This document shows positions 1-5,908 of a stretch of 7,542 nucleotides of DNA, in pieces; the first letter of the stretch is position 1; every line of letters begins with the position of its first letter. The position numbers and the translations under genes were made by a program. The notes under the pieces were generated by a model. The model did not search any database, was not told where the DNA came from, and was given only the letters and a program-made list of their open reading frames with translations. Origin of the DNA: Leidyana gryllorum EB-2025a (Eukaryota > Protista > Apicomplexa); contig JBLWGC010000130.1 of assembly GCA_048772705.1 (NCBI GenBank), forward strand, positions 1 through 7,542. The letters run 5' to 3'.

Positions 1-29
1 GAAGAATCATACCACTAGACCAAACAGCC
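1..29 (-). tRNA. trnP: tRNA-Pro, 5' part only (cut by window start)
   Basis: Reverse complement GGCTGTTTGGTCTAGTGGTATGATTCTTC matches the 5' end of tRNA-Pro at 5837-5908 with one mismatch; the anticodon lies outside the window. Confidence 0.8.
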
Positions 30-93
30 GCCTGTCGGTCGTGCAAACCGCTGAGGACACTTGAGATAGTGACACCAAACGTCACAACGTCTC

Positions 94-166
94 TGCCTCG
101 GCCGTGGATCGAACACGGGACTTCCAGATCTTCAGTCTGGCGCTCTCCCAACTGAGCTACCGAGGC
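94..166 (-). tRNA. trnF-GAA: tRNA-Phe(GAA)
   Basis: 73-nt cloverleaf GCCTCGG...CCGAGGC-A; anticodon arm CCAGA-CT-GAA-GA-TCTGG; T-loop TTCGATC. Confidence 0.96.
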
Positions 167-254
167 GGTAGGTAGTCACGGAAGGCGATGAAAATAAGCA
201 CTCACCGCGGCGGTATGTGGGGCCACTCCTCGCCGCATGGCGAAATCGACAGTA

Positions 255-382
255 GCCAACTTGCCCGAGTGGGGAAGGGGGGTAGATTGGAATTCATGCG
301 TAAGTTGGTGTCTGACCCCTCCAATCACATCGCACGACAACTGCTGGATCTGCACCAGCGCGGCCCAGGCCCAGTTGAATTC
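255..382. pseudogene. tRNA-Ser pseudogene split by an internal inversion (5' half on +, 3' half on -)
   Basis: About 255-295 matches the 5' half of tRNA-Ser 6771-6852. The reverse complement of 290-382 supplies the variable arm, T arm, acceptor 3' strand and downstream flank. Confidence 0.85.
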
Positions 383-624
383 TGTGGTGGAAATGATGGC
401 TTTGGTACCCACCAGCCTCACTTGAAGATTGTCCGGGTCGTCTAGGTGCTTACAACAGCAAGTTGTGGCCGTGCATACCCAGGCCCGAATCCTGGTTTGG
501 ATAGTATGTCCCCGATGTCTCGAACGGGAGATGTAGGTGAAGTCTGTCCAAATTCACGATCGGGCGTAGCTGCCCATGTCCTTTCTTGATCGCTACACAC
601 TTCCATTTGACGGCTCCGTTAGTC

Positions 625-697
625 GGCGCTATGGCCTAATGGATATGGCATCGGTCTACGGAACCGGGGATTCTGGGTTCGAGTCCCAGTAGCGTCT
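625..697 (+). tRNA. trnR-ACG: tRNA-Arg(ACG)
   Basis: GGCGCTA...TAGCGTC-T; anticodon arm TCGGT-CT-ACG-GA-ACCGG; T-loop TTCGAGT. Confidence 0.95.
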
Positions 698-735
698 GGG
701 CGAATGGTGCCGTGTAGCGTCAACAACTATCAGAC

Positions 736-764
736 GGGCTGGGAATCGAACCCGCTAGACCAAA
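736..764 (-). pseudogene. Internally deleted tRNA-Pro remnant
   Basis: Only GGGCT, GGGAATCGAACCC and CTAGACCAAA blocks remain, at the position homologous to tRNA-Pro 5837-5908. Confidence 0.75.
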
Positions 765-843
765 TGGTTCAACCCGCTGGGTACAGTCGAGAGACTCGTA
801 TCACTATGTGAAGTATCACTCAATGCCATGAGGTAGGCATAGA

Positions 844-915
844 GGGAGGCTAGCCCAGATGATGAAAAGGTGGCTTAGTATACGAAGGGTTCTGGATCGA
901 TTCCCAGCCCATCCG
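844..915 (+). pseudogene. Degenerate tRNA-Ala pseudogene
   Basis: GGGAGGCTAGCCCAGATGATG...GGATCGATTCCCAGCCCATCC aligns along tRNA-Ala 4849-4921; D and anticodon stems are broken. Confidence 0.65.
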
Positions 916-1005
916 AACTATATAGATGGAATTCTCGTCGGAGTAGTCTAGTTGGCCTATCAACGCTCATCAAGTTGAGTAGTAGTTTGCCGATGACCCT
1001 CTACT

Positions 1006-1085
1006 TCCGGTGGGACGGAATCGAACCGCCGACTATCTGATGCCCGCACTACAGTCAGATGCTCTACCAACTGAGCTACCCCCGG
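1006..1085 (-). tRNA. trnY-GTA: tRNA-Tyr(GTA) with 7-nt intron at 1042-1048
   Basis: CCGGGGG-TA-GCTCAGTTGGTAGAGC-A-TCTGA-CT-GTA-G-[TGCGGGC]-A-TCAGA...TTCGATT...CCACCGG-A. C1-G72 is the eukaryotic Tyr type; one G-A mismatch in the acceptor stem. Confidence 0.9.
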
Positions 1086-1130
1086 CCGTCCAACTGCTCC
1101 GGGGTTCGAAAGGCTTAACCCCAGATCCTC

Positions 1131-1185
1131 ACCCTGTCGGACTGCGGCCTGAACACAGCGCCTTGGACCACTCGGCCATCTTGCC
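1131..1185 (-). pseudogene. tRNA-Leu(CAG) pseudogene, T arm and 3' end disrupted
   Basis: Matches the 5' 55 nt of tRNA-Leu 4711-4790; the T arm and acceptor 3' strand are replaced. Confidence 0.85.
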
Positions 1186-1278
1186 GCAGTGTTGGTTCGT
1201 CGCTCCACGCAGTTTTTGTCCGTGGAATCTCGAAACTGGTAAGACGTCTGAGGCTGAAGGCCGGCGTGTTTGCGAGCG

Positions 1279-1350
1279 TCCGAGATAGTATAGTGGTTAG
1301 TATTTCCGCCTGTCACGCGGAAGACCCGGGTTCGATTTCCGGTCTCGGAG
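1279..1350 (+). tRNA. trnD-GTC: tRNA-Asp(GTC)
   Basis: TCCGAGA...TCTCGGA-G; anticodon arm TCCGC-CT-GTC-AC-GCGGA; T-loop TTCGATT. Confidence 0.95.
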
Positions 1351-1405
1351 CACAGTTGATTTCGGTTAAGATTCTCCCCTTTGGTTCCCGCTGAAAGTTG
1401 CGAGC

Positions 1406-1477
1406 TACAGCCACCGAGGATCGAACTCGGGACTTCTGCGTGCGAAGCAGACGTCGTAACCACTGGACCATTGCTGC
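1406..1477 (-). tRNA. tRNA-Val-derived gene with CGC (Ala-reading) anticodon; probable pseudogene
   Basis: Body matches the Val(CAC) copies, but the anticodon arm is TCTGC-TT-CGC-AC-GCAGA. A-G acceptor mismatch, 1-nt variable-loop deletion, no G3:U70 pair. Confidence 0.8.
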
Positions 1478-1539
1478 ACGGATGGTCCCCGCAGCCCAAG
1501 ACATGGCGAAGTTCCAGGGAGTAGTGAGGACCAGTTCCA

Positions 1540-1611
1540 AGGTCGCGCCGCGAATCGAACCCAGGTCGGGAGATTCAGAGTCTCCAGTGCTAACCACTAC
1601 ACGACGCAACC
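1540..1611 (-). tRNA. trnQ-CTG: tRNA-Gln(CTG), variant with T-stem mismatch
   Basis: Anticodon arm GGAGA-CT-CTG-AA-TCTCC; two substitutions relative to 3413-3484 (position 9 and a G-G in the T stem). Confidence 0.85.
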
Positions 1612-1776
1612 GGCTCAGCCCATCCCAGAAGAGTCTGTTGAATTATCCGTACTAGCGCTTCCTCAACTGGACACACGCAACACGGGTCTCTCTACTGACC
1701 TCTGAAATATTTTAAGTGGCTCCTGTATATAGCGCCCAGCGTAGGCGTTGGATTGAAGCAGTTGCGCAAATGCAAC

Positions 1777-1858
1777 CGACAAGGGTGAGATTCGAACTCA
1801 CGCGGGTGAAACCCAACGGCTTAGCAGGCCGCCGCCTTAACCACTCGGCCACCTTGCC
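1777..1858 (-). tRNA. trnS-GCT: tRNA-Ser(GCT)
   Basis: 82 nt; anticodon arm GCGGC-CT-GCT-AA-GCCGT; long variable arm GGGTTTCACCC; G73. Confidence 0.96.
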
Positions 1859-2062
1859 GAGAGTGGAACGGGCTACACATTCCATCGGGAATCCCGTGCG
1901 AAATTGGTAGTGCCCCTTCTCGATGTCAGTATTTGCCTTTGGAATGACTGCTTGGCGGGGTGGACGAAGGTGAGAGTGGCCGGCTCAGTACCAATCATAA
2001 GGCTTTGCTGAACACATCAGTCGGCTCCTTCGACTAGTGACTGTTCACCTCAACTCTGAAGC

Positions 2063-2135
2063 GGTTGCGTATTTCAGGCGGCCAGAGCGTGAGCCTAATA
2101 AGTTCTGAGTCCGCGGTTGGAGCCCGGCGTGACCA
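2063..2135 (+). pseudogene. tRNA-Ile(AAT) pseudogene
   Basis: 73 nt; acceptor GGTTGCG/CGTGACC-A still pairs; loop CT-AAT-AA; T-loop decayed to TTGGAGC and D stem broken. Confidence 0.7.
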
Positions 2136-2235
2136 AGTGAGTGCATCTCTGATACAGCTTCGCCCTGTACCCGAGGAAGGCCCAAGATTCAACGATCAAT
2201 ACGAATGGAATTTGTTACCAAGTCCGCACTTCCTT

Positions 2236-2301
2236 GCCGCGCCAGCTCCGTCGGTAAAGTGCAAGACTTTCAATGGAGAGACCGCGGGTTGGGGCAGCGC
2301 G
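2236..2301 (+). pseudogene. Degenerate tRNA-Lys(TTT)-derived pseudogene
   Basis: GCCGCGCCAGCTCCGTCGGTAAAGTGCAAGACTTTCAAT...CGCGGGTTGGGGC aligns with tRNA-Lys 6348-6420. Confidence 0.7.
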
Positions 2302-2375
2302 ACCAGACCAGTCCGAGTCAAGCTTGCTGAACCGTATGTGAAGCCACTGGCCGCTAAATGCCGAGTTCGACAGGT

Positions 2376-2457
2376 GGCAACTTGCCCGAGTGTTTAAGGG
2401 GGTAGACTAGAAATCTACTGGGCCTGACCCGGGCTGGTTCAAATCCAGCAGTTGTCG
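2376..2457 (+). tRNA. trnS-AGA: tRNA-Ser(AGA), variant with D-loop GG>GT
   Basis: Anticodon arm GTAGA-CT-AGA-AA-TCTAC; long variable arm; D-loop AGTGTTTAA lacks the conserved GG. Confidence 0.85.
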
Positions 2458-2521
2458 TGCGATGTGATCGAGGGGTCAAACACCAACTCACGCATAAAAC
2501 TCAATCATGTGCTATCTCCTC

Positions 2522-2592
2522 TGCATCTGCCGGGAATCGAACCCGGGTCGTCTCGATGGCAACGAGACATTCTACCACTAGACCACAGATGC
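2522..2592 (-). tRNA. trnG-GCC: tRNA-Gly(GCC)
   Basis: GCATCTG...CAGATGC-A; anticodon arm TCTCG-TT-GCC-AT-CGAGA; T-loop TTCGATT. Confidence 0.96.
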
Positions 2593-2688
2593 ATGACTCG
2601 TTGTTGTTCAAGCTCGTGCACAATAACGGCCGTTTTGCTTCAAACGAGAAGACAGAATCTAGCTGAGCGAGTATGACGGGTGTTTTGT

Positions 2689-2760
2689 GGGTACGTAGCT
2701 CAGTGGTAGAGCAGCTGACTGCAGATCAGCAAGTCCGTGGTTCAACCCCGGGCGTGCCCT
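2689..2760 (+). tRNA. trnC-GCA: tRNA-Cys(GCA), one T-stem mismatch
   Basis: Anticodon arm GCTGA-CT-GCA-GA-TCAGC; T73; T stem CGTGG/CCGGG. Confidence 0.88.
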
Positions 2761-2905
2761 AAAGATGACCTGAAGGTTGAAGATGTTGGAATCCCTGACC
2801 ACATGCCAATGAGTCTGAAGTCGGTGGACAATTTTGGGTGTGTGGCGGATGGTGGCGCGCAGAAATCGCCCGAGTGTCTTGGGGTGCTGCAACTCTTTCG
2901 CAGTT

Positions 2906-2976
2906 GCACTTGTGGTCTAAGGGTAAGATGCGACCCTTCCAAGGTCGTAACCCGGGTTCGAGTCCCGGCAGGTGCA
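2906..2976 (+). tRNA. trnG-TCC: tRNA-Gly(TCC)
   Basis: GCACTTG...CAGGTGC-A; anticodon arm CGACC-CT-TCC-AA-GGTCG; T-loop TTCGAGT. Confidence 0.96.
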
Positions 2977-3036
2977 GGCGTATGTAGCTCGAACCACCTG
3001 AAGAGAGGGGACTACCTACCAATACAATACAACGGC

Positions 3037-3116
3037 TGACAAGAGTGGGATTCGAACCCACGCCCTTTCGGACTGCGGCCTGAACACAGCGCCTTAGACC
3101 ACTCGGCCATCTTGCC
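3037..3116 (-). tRNA. trnL-CAG: tRNA-Leu(CAG)
   Basis: 80 nt; anticodon arm CTGTG-TT-CAG-GC-CGCAG; variable arm TCCGAAAGGG; T-loop TTCGAAT. Confidence 0.96.
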
Positions 3117-3192
3117 GCAGCGTTCTTGGCTCGTCACTTTACACGTTTTCTGGCCGTGAAGTTCTCGAGAAGGAAGACTTCTAGGGTTGAAG

Positions 3193-3228
3193 ACGCGGAA
3201 GACGCGGGTTCGATGCCCTGTCTCGAAG
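3193..3228 (+). pseudogene. tRNA-Asp 3'-half remnant
   Basis: ACGCGGAAGACGCGGGTTCGATGCCCTGTCTCGAAG matches the 3' half of 1279-1350 at the syntenic position. Confidence 0.8.
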
Positions 3229-3276
3229 ACAGCACGTTTCCTCGCTTTGGGTGGAGCTCACTTCACATGTTCGAGC

Positions 3277-3349
3277 TACAGCCACCGAGGATAGAACTCG
3301 GGACCTTCTGCGTGTGAAGCAGACGTCGTAACCACTAGACCATGGCTGC
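3277..3349 (-). tRNA. trnV-CAC: tRNA-Val(CAC), T-loop variant TTCTATC
   Basis: Anticodon arm TCTGC-TT-CAC-AC-GCAGA; stems intact; G57>T. Confidence 0.85.
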
Positions 3350-3412
3350 AGCCAAGGTCCCGCAGACCAAGAGAAGTGGCGAGGTTTTACGAAGTAGTGA
3401 GGACTAGTTTTG

Positions 3413-3484
3413 AGGTCGCGCCGGGAATCGAACCCAGGTCGGGAGATTCAGAGTCTCCAGTGCTAACCACTACACCACGCAACC
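3413..3484 (-). tRNA. trnQ-CTG: tRNA-Gln(CTG)
   Basis: GGTTGCG...CGCGACC-T; anticodon arm GGAGA-CT-CTG-AA-TCTCC; T-loop TTCGATT. Confidence 0.95.
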
Positions 3485-3604
3485 CATTCAGTCCTTCCCA
3501 AAAAGGAGTTGGTAGAGCCATCGGACTTAGCGCTCCTTCAAGTAGGTCATCAGGTTACGTGTTTCCAGAGACACACGCCTTTTTTCCCAGTCCGCAAGCT
3601 CCGT

Positions 3605-3677
3605 GCAGTCATGGTCTAGTGGTCACGACGTCTGCTTCACACGCAGTAGTTCCCGAGTTTGATCCTCGGTGGCTGTA
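3605..3677 (+). tRNA. trnV-CAC: tRNA-Val(CAC), probable pseudogene
   Basis: CAC anticodon; T-loop TTTGATC (C56>T); T-T mismatch at the top of the anticodon stem. Confidence 0.75.
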
Positions 3678-3732
3678 GCTCGCAACTTTCAGCGAGAACC
3701 AAAGGAAACAATCCTAAGCGCAACCAAGTGTG

Positions 3733-3802
3733 CTCCGAGACCGGCAATCGACCCTGGTCTTCCGCGTGATAGGCGGAAATACTAACCGCTATACGATCTC
3801 GA
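3733..3802 (-). pseudogene. tRNA-Asp pseudogene with ATC anticodon
   Basis: Anticodon arm TCCGC-CT-ATC-AC-GCGGA; damaged T arm (GGGTCGATTG); 5' end clipped by the tandem junction. Confidence 0.82.
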
Positions 3803-3839
3803 GAACCAAAGGAAACAATCCTAAGCGAAATCAACTGTG

Positions 3840-3890
3840 CTCCGAGACCGGGAAACGAACCCTGGTCTTCCGCGTGACAGGCGGAAATAC
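3840..3890 (-). pseudogene. tRNA-Asp(GTC), 5'-deleted pseudogene
   Basis: Anticodon and T arms are present; the 5' acceptor strand and most of the D arm are deleted, joining directly to upstream flank ACGCCGGCCT. Confidence 0.82.
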
Positions 3891-3971
3891 ACGCCGGCCT
3901 CCAATCCCAGCAGTCTTTCTATTTTGACTCACGAACAGAAAACGTGTAAAGCGGCGAGCCAAGAGCACTCC

Positions 3972-4051
3972 GGCAAGATGGCCGAGTGGTGTAAGGCGCT
4001 GTGTTAAGGCCGCAGTCCGAGAGGACGTGGGTTCGAATCCCACTCTTGTCA
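3972..4051 (+). tRNA. trnL-AAG: tRNA-Leu(AAG)
   Basis: Anticodon arm CTGTG-TT-AAG-GC-CGCAG; variable arm TCCGAGAGGA; T-loop TTCGAAT. Confidence 0.94.
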
Positions 4052-4118
4052 ACCGTTGTATTTTATTGAGTCGTCCCCTCTCTTCACCTATAGACAGGTC
4101 GTTCGAGCTACATACGGC

Positions 4119-4189
4119 TGCACCTGCCGGGACTCGAACCCGGGTTACGACCTTGGAAGGGTCGCATCTTACCCTTAGACCACAAGTGC
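4119..4189 (-). tRNA. trnG-TCC: tRNA-Gly(TCC)
   Basis: Reverse complement of 2906-2976. Confidence 0.96.
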
Positions 4190-4418
4190 AATTGTGAAAG
4201 ATCTGCAGCACCCCGAGAGACTCGGGCAATTTCTACTTCCAGCTGTCAGCAACCTACGGGGATCGAATCGAGCACTTTCACGGACAAAGGAAACTGATAC
4301 CACTAGCACTTCAACTCGACATGCGGGGCAGCCATCCGGACTAGCGCTCCCTCAACTAGATCATCAGGATACGTGTTTCCAGAGACACACGCCTTTTTTC
4401 CCAGTCCGCAGGCTCCGT

Positions 4419-4491
4419 GCAGCCATGGTCTAGTGGTCGCGACGTCTGCTTCACACGCAGAAGGTCCCGAGTCCGATCCTCGGTGGCTGTA
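4419..4491 (+). tRNA. trnV-CAC: tRNA-Val(CAC), T-loop variant TCCGATC
   Basis: CAC anticodon; stems intact; T55>C. Confidence 0.8.
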
Positions 4492-4546
4492 GCTCGCAAC
4501 TTTCAGCGATATCCGAAAGAAACAATCCTAAGCGCAACCAACTGTG

Positions 4547-4616
4547 CTCCGAGACCGGGAATCGATCTTGGTTTTCCGCGTGATAGGCGGAATACTAACC
4601 GCTATACTATCTCGGA
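4547..4616 (-). pseudogene. tRNA-Asp pseudogene with ATC anticodon
   Basis: 70 nt; acceptor intact; loop CT-ATC-AC; T arm broken (CCAAGATCGATTCCCGG). Confidence 0.82.
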
Positions 4617-4710
4617 CGCTCTGGATACGCTGGCCCCCAACCCCAGAAGTTCTTCCATTTTGAGATTCCACGGATAGAAAACGCGTGGAGCGGCGAGCCA
4701 ACAACATTTC

Positions 4711-4790
4711 GGCAAGATGGCCGAGTGGTCCAAGGCGCTGTGTTCAGGCCGCAGTCCGAAAGGGCGTGGGTTCGAATCCCACTCTTGTCA
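4711..4790 (+). tRNA. trnL-CAG: tRNA-Leu(CAG)
   Basis: 80-nt intact cloverleaf; one D-loop difference from 3037-3116. Confidence 0.96.
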
Positions 4791-4848
4791 GCCGTTGTAT
4801 CGGCTCGGTCAGCCACTGGATGCAATAGGTCTTCCATGTAGAGCGGAT

Positions 4849-4921
4849 GGGCGGCTAGCTCAGATGGTAGAGCGCTCGCTTTGCATGCGAGAGGTACTGG
4901 GATCGATACCCAGGTCGTCCA
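4849..4921 (+). tRNA. trnA-TGC: tRNA-Ala(TGC)
   Basis: G3:U70 pair; anticodon arm CTCGC-TT-TGC-AT-GCGAG; eukaryotic Ala T-loop ATCGATA. Confidence 0.96.
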
Positions 4922-5110
4922 AACTTTGTAGTGCTGCAACTGGCGCTATTTGACTACAGAGTTGAGAGCTTTAAGGGTGCCCTGTAGCCGTTGAATAGAC
5001 TTGGGCACCGCACTTCAACTCGACATGCGCAGCAGTGGCCCCCATACAGCTAGCAAGCTTGCCTCGGTCGAAACGGAACGTCTTCCGCGTGCGAGGCTAT
5101 AATGCGGATG

Positions 5111-5134
5111 GCCATATCCATTAGCCACCGCACC
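5111..5134 (-). pseudogene. tRNA-Arg-like 5' fragment
   Basis: Reverse complement GGTGCGGTGGCTAATGGATATGGC resembles the acceptor and D arm of Arg 625-697. Confidence 0.45.
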
Positions 5135-5165
5135 ATAGACAAGCTTTGGTCATCTCGGGAGCTTG

Positions 5166-5238
5166 TCCACTGTAGTCTAAGTGGCTAGGATATGCCGCTT
5201 TCACCCGCACAATCCGGGTTCAAGTCCCGGCAGTGGAA
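5166..5238 (+). tRNA. trnE-TTC: tRNA-Glu(TTC), one anticodon-stem mismatch
   Basis: TCCACTG...CAGTGGA-A; anticodon arm TGCCG-CT-TTC-AC-CCGCA (C-C mismatch); T-loop TTCAAGT. Confidence 0.88.
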
Positions 5239-5306
5239 GTTACTCGAGCAAAGTGCTCCAGTAATCCCCGTCAATAGTAACTGATTCGTGATCTTCGGCT
5301 TGTATT

Positions 5307-5378
5307 GCCTTCTTAGCTTAGGGGCAGAGCATTCGCTTAGTAAGCGAAAGGTCGCCGGTTCGATTCCGGCAGAAGGCT
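5307..5378 (+). tRNA. trnT-AGT: tRNA-Thr(AGT)
   Basis: GCCTTCT...AGAAGGC-T; anticodon arm TTCGC-TT-AGT-AA-GCGAA; T-loop TTCGATT. Confidence 0.93.
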
Positions 5379-5500
5379 TGCTCACGAGCTTAAGCTTTTC
5401 TGGCTGGTCTCTCAGATCTCGATAACGACCTGAGAGGGCTGCAAAATTCTTCGGTAGAAGATGAAGGATCTCCCTACTAACCTCTGAAAGATTGTCACTG

Positions 5501-5573
5501 GGTCTTATAACTCAGTCGGCAGAGCGTGTGGCTGTTAACCACAAAGTCGCAGGTTCGCAACCTGCCAGGACCG
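5501..5573 (+). tRNA. trnN-GTT: tRNA-Asn(GTT), possibly inactive
   Basis: Anticodon arm TGTGG-CT-GTT-AA-CCACA; G10>A, T-loop TTCGCAA (A58>C) and an A-C acceptor mismatch. Confidence 0.8.
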
Positions 5574-5601
5574 GGTGCTGCGGCACCGTACTCTCTAGAC
5601 G

Positions 5602-5635
5602 GCACTTGTGCTCTTGGACCCTTCCAAGGTCGTAA
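5602..5635 (+). pseudogene. tRNA-Gly(TCC) fragment
   Basis: GCACTTGTG...GACCCTTCCAAGGTCGTAA matches the 5' end and anticodon arm of 2906-2976; D arm deleted, T arm absent. Confidence 0.75.
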
Positions 5636-5674
5636 ATATGTATTTAAATACCGGCAGTTGCAGACTACGAAGTT

Positions 5675-5747
5675 TGGACGACCTGTGCATCGATCCCAGT
5701 ACCTCTCGCATGCTAAGCGAGCGCTCTACCATTTGAGCCAGTAGCCC
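5675..5747 (-). tRNA. trnA-AGC: tRNA-Ala(AGC), variant with stem mismatches
   Basis: Anticodon arm CTCGC-TT-AGC-AT-GCGAG; G3:U70; one mismatch each in the acceptor and T stems. Confidence 0.85.
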
Positions 5748-5836
5748 ATTGTGCAGACCCCATCGCATTTTTTTGTTCTCAACATCGTATGACCACTCTC
5801 TCGACTGTACCCAGCGGGTTGAACCACCGGCTAGGC

Positions 5837-5908
5837 GGCTGTTTGGTCTAGTGGTATGATCCTTCCTTAGGGTGGAAGGAGTCCTGGGTTCGATTCCCAG
5901 AACAGCCC
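5837..5908 (+). tRNA. trnP-AGG: tRNA-Pro(AGG)
   Basis: GGCTGTT...AACAGCC-C; anticodon arm CTTCC-TT-AGG-GT-GGAAG; T-loop TTCGATT. Confidence 0.94.

Larger units (their letters stand above)
397..794. repeat. Spacer-Arg-Pro module, inverted copy of 5797-6305
   Basis: Near-identical in reverse complement from TGGCTTTGGTACCC (397) to GTACAGTCGAGAGA (794), with indels around the Pro gene. Confidence 0.92.
1131..1678. repeat. Leu-Asp-Val-Gln module, direct copy of about 3062-3578
   Basis: Same gene order and orientation with alignable spacers, e.g. GTAGTGAGGACCAGTT/GTAGTGAGGACTAGTT and GACACACGC. Confidence 0.9.
2362..2815. repeat. Ser-Gly-Cys module, direct copy of about 6757-7235
   Basis: Same order Ser(+)-Gly(-)-Cys(+); the Gly-Cys spacer (ATGACTCGTTGTTGTTCAAGCTCGTGCACAATAACGGCCG...) is almost identical. 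Confidence 0.93.
3693..3890. repeat. Tandem duplication with 107-bp period (spacer plus tRNA-Asp)
   Basis: CGAGAACCAAAGGAAACAATCCTAAGCG starts at both 3693 and 3800, each followed by an Asp-derived sequence. Confidence 0.9.
2861..4234. repeat. Imperfect large inverted repeat (arms about 2861-3349 and 3605-4234)
   Basis: Gly(+)-Leu(-)-Asp(+)-Val(-) is mirrored by Val(+)-Asp(-)-Asp(-)-Leu(+)-Gly(-) with alignable spacers; outer ends AGAAATCGCCCGAG / CTCGGGCAATTTCT. Confidence 0.9.
4330..4800. repeat. Val-Asp-Leu module, direct copy of about 3516-4060
   Basis: Shared spacers (ACGTGTTTCCAGAGACACACGCCTTTTTTCCCAGTCCGCA; AAACAATCCTAAGCGCAACCAA) and a shared derived ATC anticodon. Confidence 0.9.

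Noticed and set aside
936-968. Possible tRNA 5' fragment with an A-box-like TAGTCTAGTTGG
   Set aside because: No anticodon or T arm follows and no paralogue exists in the window, so it cannot be assigned.
3693-3890. CRISPR-like repeat (28-bp sequence recurring)
   Set aside because: Only two adjacent units, the intervening sequences are homologous tRNA-Asp copies rather than unique spacers, and no cas genes are present.
4247-4306. Possible minus-strand tRNA ghost (CTAGTGGTA...TTCGATCCC)
   Set aside because: Box-like motifs are present but the stems do not pair, and the isotype cannot be called.
5651-5662. CCGGCAGTTGCA as the 3' end of the Gly(TCC) fragment
   Set aside because: It aligns better as part of the tRNA-Ala 3' flank (reverse complement of about 4922-4957).
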